A model generated the notes under the pieces. That model was not told where the DNA came from, searched no databases, and worked only from the letters and a program-made list of their open reading frames with translations. 25,900 nt of DNA from Gammaproteobacteria bacterium (GTDB taxonomy: Bacteria > Pseudomonadota > Gammaproteobacteria > Thiohalospirales > Thiohalospiraceae), in assembly GCA_014762485.1 (NCBI GenBank), contig JABURU010000121.1:1-25900 (forward strand), in the 5' to 3' direction. Position numbers and translations under genes: made by a program. The first letter of the stretch is position 1. The number at the start of each line of letters is the position of its first letter. This document shows positions 24,348 to 25,900 of this stretch, one piece after another.

Positions 24348-25454
24348 ATGGTCGATTGGGTAAACCCATCAAACGCCACCCAGCACCTTAATGTCATACC
24401 CGAGCTGGAGGCGAAGATAGACGCCATCGCCTTGATGGACCCTGGCACATTCACCAACCTTCCGACAGGCTGGCTACGCTTTGACGATACAGCAAAGAAG
24501 GCGCAGCGGTGGAACGGCACCGCATGGGCCGATGTGTCATGGCTCAATCAGGGCGTGGGGACGGGGGATAGTCCTACGTTTAATGTTGTCAGTATGGCAA
24601 ATGGCAGCAGAATTATAGGCACCACCACAGGCGTGGGCAATCTGTCACATTTAAGGTTTGAGGACAGCGCAGGGACACGCACAGGTTTCGTTGGCGAGGG
24701 TTCCGGCACAAGCAATAACATTTTCTTGACGGCTGACGCTGGAGACATACAACTCTTCCCGCAAATTGGCGGGAAAATATACAACGCCAGGTCAGGCGGT
24801 GAAGTCATCGACACCGGAAACGACTCAACAACCTGTGATGCGTATACATTACAATCACGACTGTCTACGGACTTTTATCACAATGATTCAGTTGTGAGTG
24901 GTGGTCTAGACGCCATCTTCACCAAGTCGGGTGCTTATCTGTCTGATCAGTCTCCGCTCAACGCACCAAACGCAACTTCACAACGATGGACTATTCATCA
25001 ATACAAGCAGAGTTCCTACGGGAACCAGATCGCAATAGAATCTCCGAGTAGTGGCGACACTAGAAATATGTATTACCGCGCATGGGACGCTACTAACGGC
25101 TTCACATCATGGAAACAGGTTATAACGACTGAAAACGACTCAACAACGTGTGATGCGTATTCTGTTGCGGGGAAAACATACACCGTGAAAACATGGTCGC
25201 CTGGTTCTATCGCTGCTGGCGACCTCGCATATTTGGACGTACCTAGTAACGCTGTTATCCCTACTGGCGTAACGACTGGGGAAGCGACTTACTCAGGGAT
25301 TCTTAGCTGGCCATCGGCTGAAGATACCACTTCAGCTGTCCATGCTTACACTGCTCATAATGCCGGTTTTACAGCAACTGGGTGCAGGTTGTACGTTTCT
25401 AACCGTAGCCCCGTCAGCGTAAACCCGACTGTTACATATCTGGAGATTTTGTGA
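24348..25454 (+). CDS. Tail fiber protein with a pyocin-knob-like module
   Basis: N-terminal 'LPTGWLRF...QRWNGTAW', 'QGVGTGDSPTF', fiber repeat 'LRFEDSAGTRTGFVG', knob 'TKSGAY...NAP...YGNQIA...MYYRAW....FTSWKQV'. Confidence 0.85.
   Translation: MVDWVNPSNATQHLNVIPELEAKIDAIALMDPGTFTNLPTGWLRFDDTAKKAQRWNGTAWADVSWLNQGVGTGDSPTFNVVSMANGSRIIGTTTGVGNLSHLRFEDSAGTRTGFVGEGSGTSNNIFLTADAGDIQLFPQIGGKIYNARSGGEVIDTGNDSTTCDAYTLQSRLSTDFYHNDSVVSGGLDAIFTKSGAYLSDQSPLNAPNATSQRWTIHQYKQSSYGNQIAIESPSSGDTRNMYYRAWDATNGFTSWKQVITTENDSTTCDAYSVAGKTYTVKTWSPGSIAAGDLAYLDVPSNAVIPTGVTTGEATYSGILSWPSAEDTTSAVHAYTAHNAGFTATGCRLYVSNRSPVSVNPTVTYLEIL
24818..24845 (+). repeat. 28-bp direct repeat copy 1 in the tail fiber gene
   Basis: AAACGACTCAACAACCTGTGATGCGTAT, 27/28 identical to 25133-25160. 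Confidence 0.9.
25133..25160 (+). repeat. 28-bp direct repeat copy 2 in the tail fiber gene
   Basis: AAACGACTCAACAACGTGTGATGCGTAT, 315 nt (105 codons) after copy 1. Confidence 0.9.
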
Positions 25455-25729
25455 TTTTTTACCTAATAATCCACTGGCCTTGGTTTTTCAGTAAGTACAC
25501 CGGCTTTGCATTCGGCCCGTTTGTGCTTGTTAAGGACAAATCTAATACCAAAACCATCGGACATGAGCTTGTGCACGTAGAACAATTCTGGCGCATGTGG
25601 ACGGCGCCGTTTTGGGTGGCGTACCTGTACCAACTAATCCGCAACGGGTACAGGGATAATAAGTACGAAGTGGAAGCGCGGGAACGTGCAGAGGAAATGG
25701 AACAGAAATATCTAAAAGGTGATTTATGA
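25451..25729 (+). CDS. Small HExxH zinc-metallopeptidase-like protein
   Basis: 'TIGHELVHVEQF...YEVEARE' gives HExxH plus a downstream Glu. GTGA overlap with the fiber stop. Confidence 0.7.
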   Translation: MIFYLIIHWPWFFSKYTGFAFGPFVLVKDKSNTKTIGHELVHVEQFWRMWTAPFWVAYLYQLIRNGYRDNKYEVEARERAEEMEQKYLKGDL

Positions 25730-25900
25730 AAAATTACACACGAATCAACACACACGGCGACGAGGTGCCAACCTCTGCTGAAAATCTGGCAGTAATGGCA
25801 AAGCGCCAAGACATGCCCATGCCGACCACAAAAGACAAAGAGCGCACCGCCAACAGCGAGGGGGTGACGGATGAGGCTATTCTGTCATACATCGAGACCA
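25726..25900 (+). CDS. Hypothetical protein, 3'-truncated by the window end
   Basis: ATG 25726 overlaps the upstream stop (ATGA), AAGGTG RBS, open to the window end (MKNYTRINTHGDEVPTSAEN...). Confidence 0.6.
   Translation, partial: MKNYTRINTHGDEVPTSAENLAVMAKRQDMPMPTTKDKERTANSEGVTDEAILSYIET

Noticed and set aside
24348-25454. Diversity-generating retroelement target in the tail fiber
   Set aside because: No reverse transcriptase or template repeat with adenine-specific mismatches in the window; the 28-bp repeat differs by C/G, not at an adenine.
1-25900. Mu-like transposable phage or contractile tail
   Set aside because: Mor-like and gpF-like genes occur, but no transposase, sheath or baseplate wedge genes are seen; the tail module is siphovirus-type. 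No CRISPR array, rRNA or lysis cassette was recognised.

Overview
The window is the late (morphogenesis) region of a temperate siphovirus-like phage or prophage, almost all on the + strand. Gene order: tyrosine recombinase (probably 5'-truncated), Mor/C-family activator, TerS, TerL, portal fused to a Mu gpF/SPP1 gp7-like minor head domain, HNH-AP2 endonuclease, coiled-coil protein, prohead protease/scaffold, DUF2190-like decoration protein, major capsid, head-tail joining genes, tail tube, and tail chaperone with a -1 frameshift (G/GT). A 2.7-kb accessory island follows (reverse lipoprotein, c4-like antisense RNA switch, small ORF, P22-type antirepressor, reverse hicAB). Then come tape measure, Dit-like protein, tail tip protein, tail fiber, an HExxH protein and a partial ORF. 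Non-coding highlights: (1) three copies of an 18-bp box at identical spacing from a -10-like element, each heading a late operon, a likely Mor-type activator site; (2) a P1 c4-like terminator/antisense switch; (3) a perfect 16-bp inverted repeat resembling the XerD arm of dif around that switch; (4) a 28-bp dyad-like direct repeat, conserved at DNA level, bracketing an in-frame module of the tail fiber and possibly a recombination site. All product calls come from motif recognition, not database searches.
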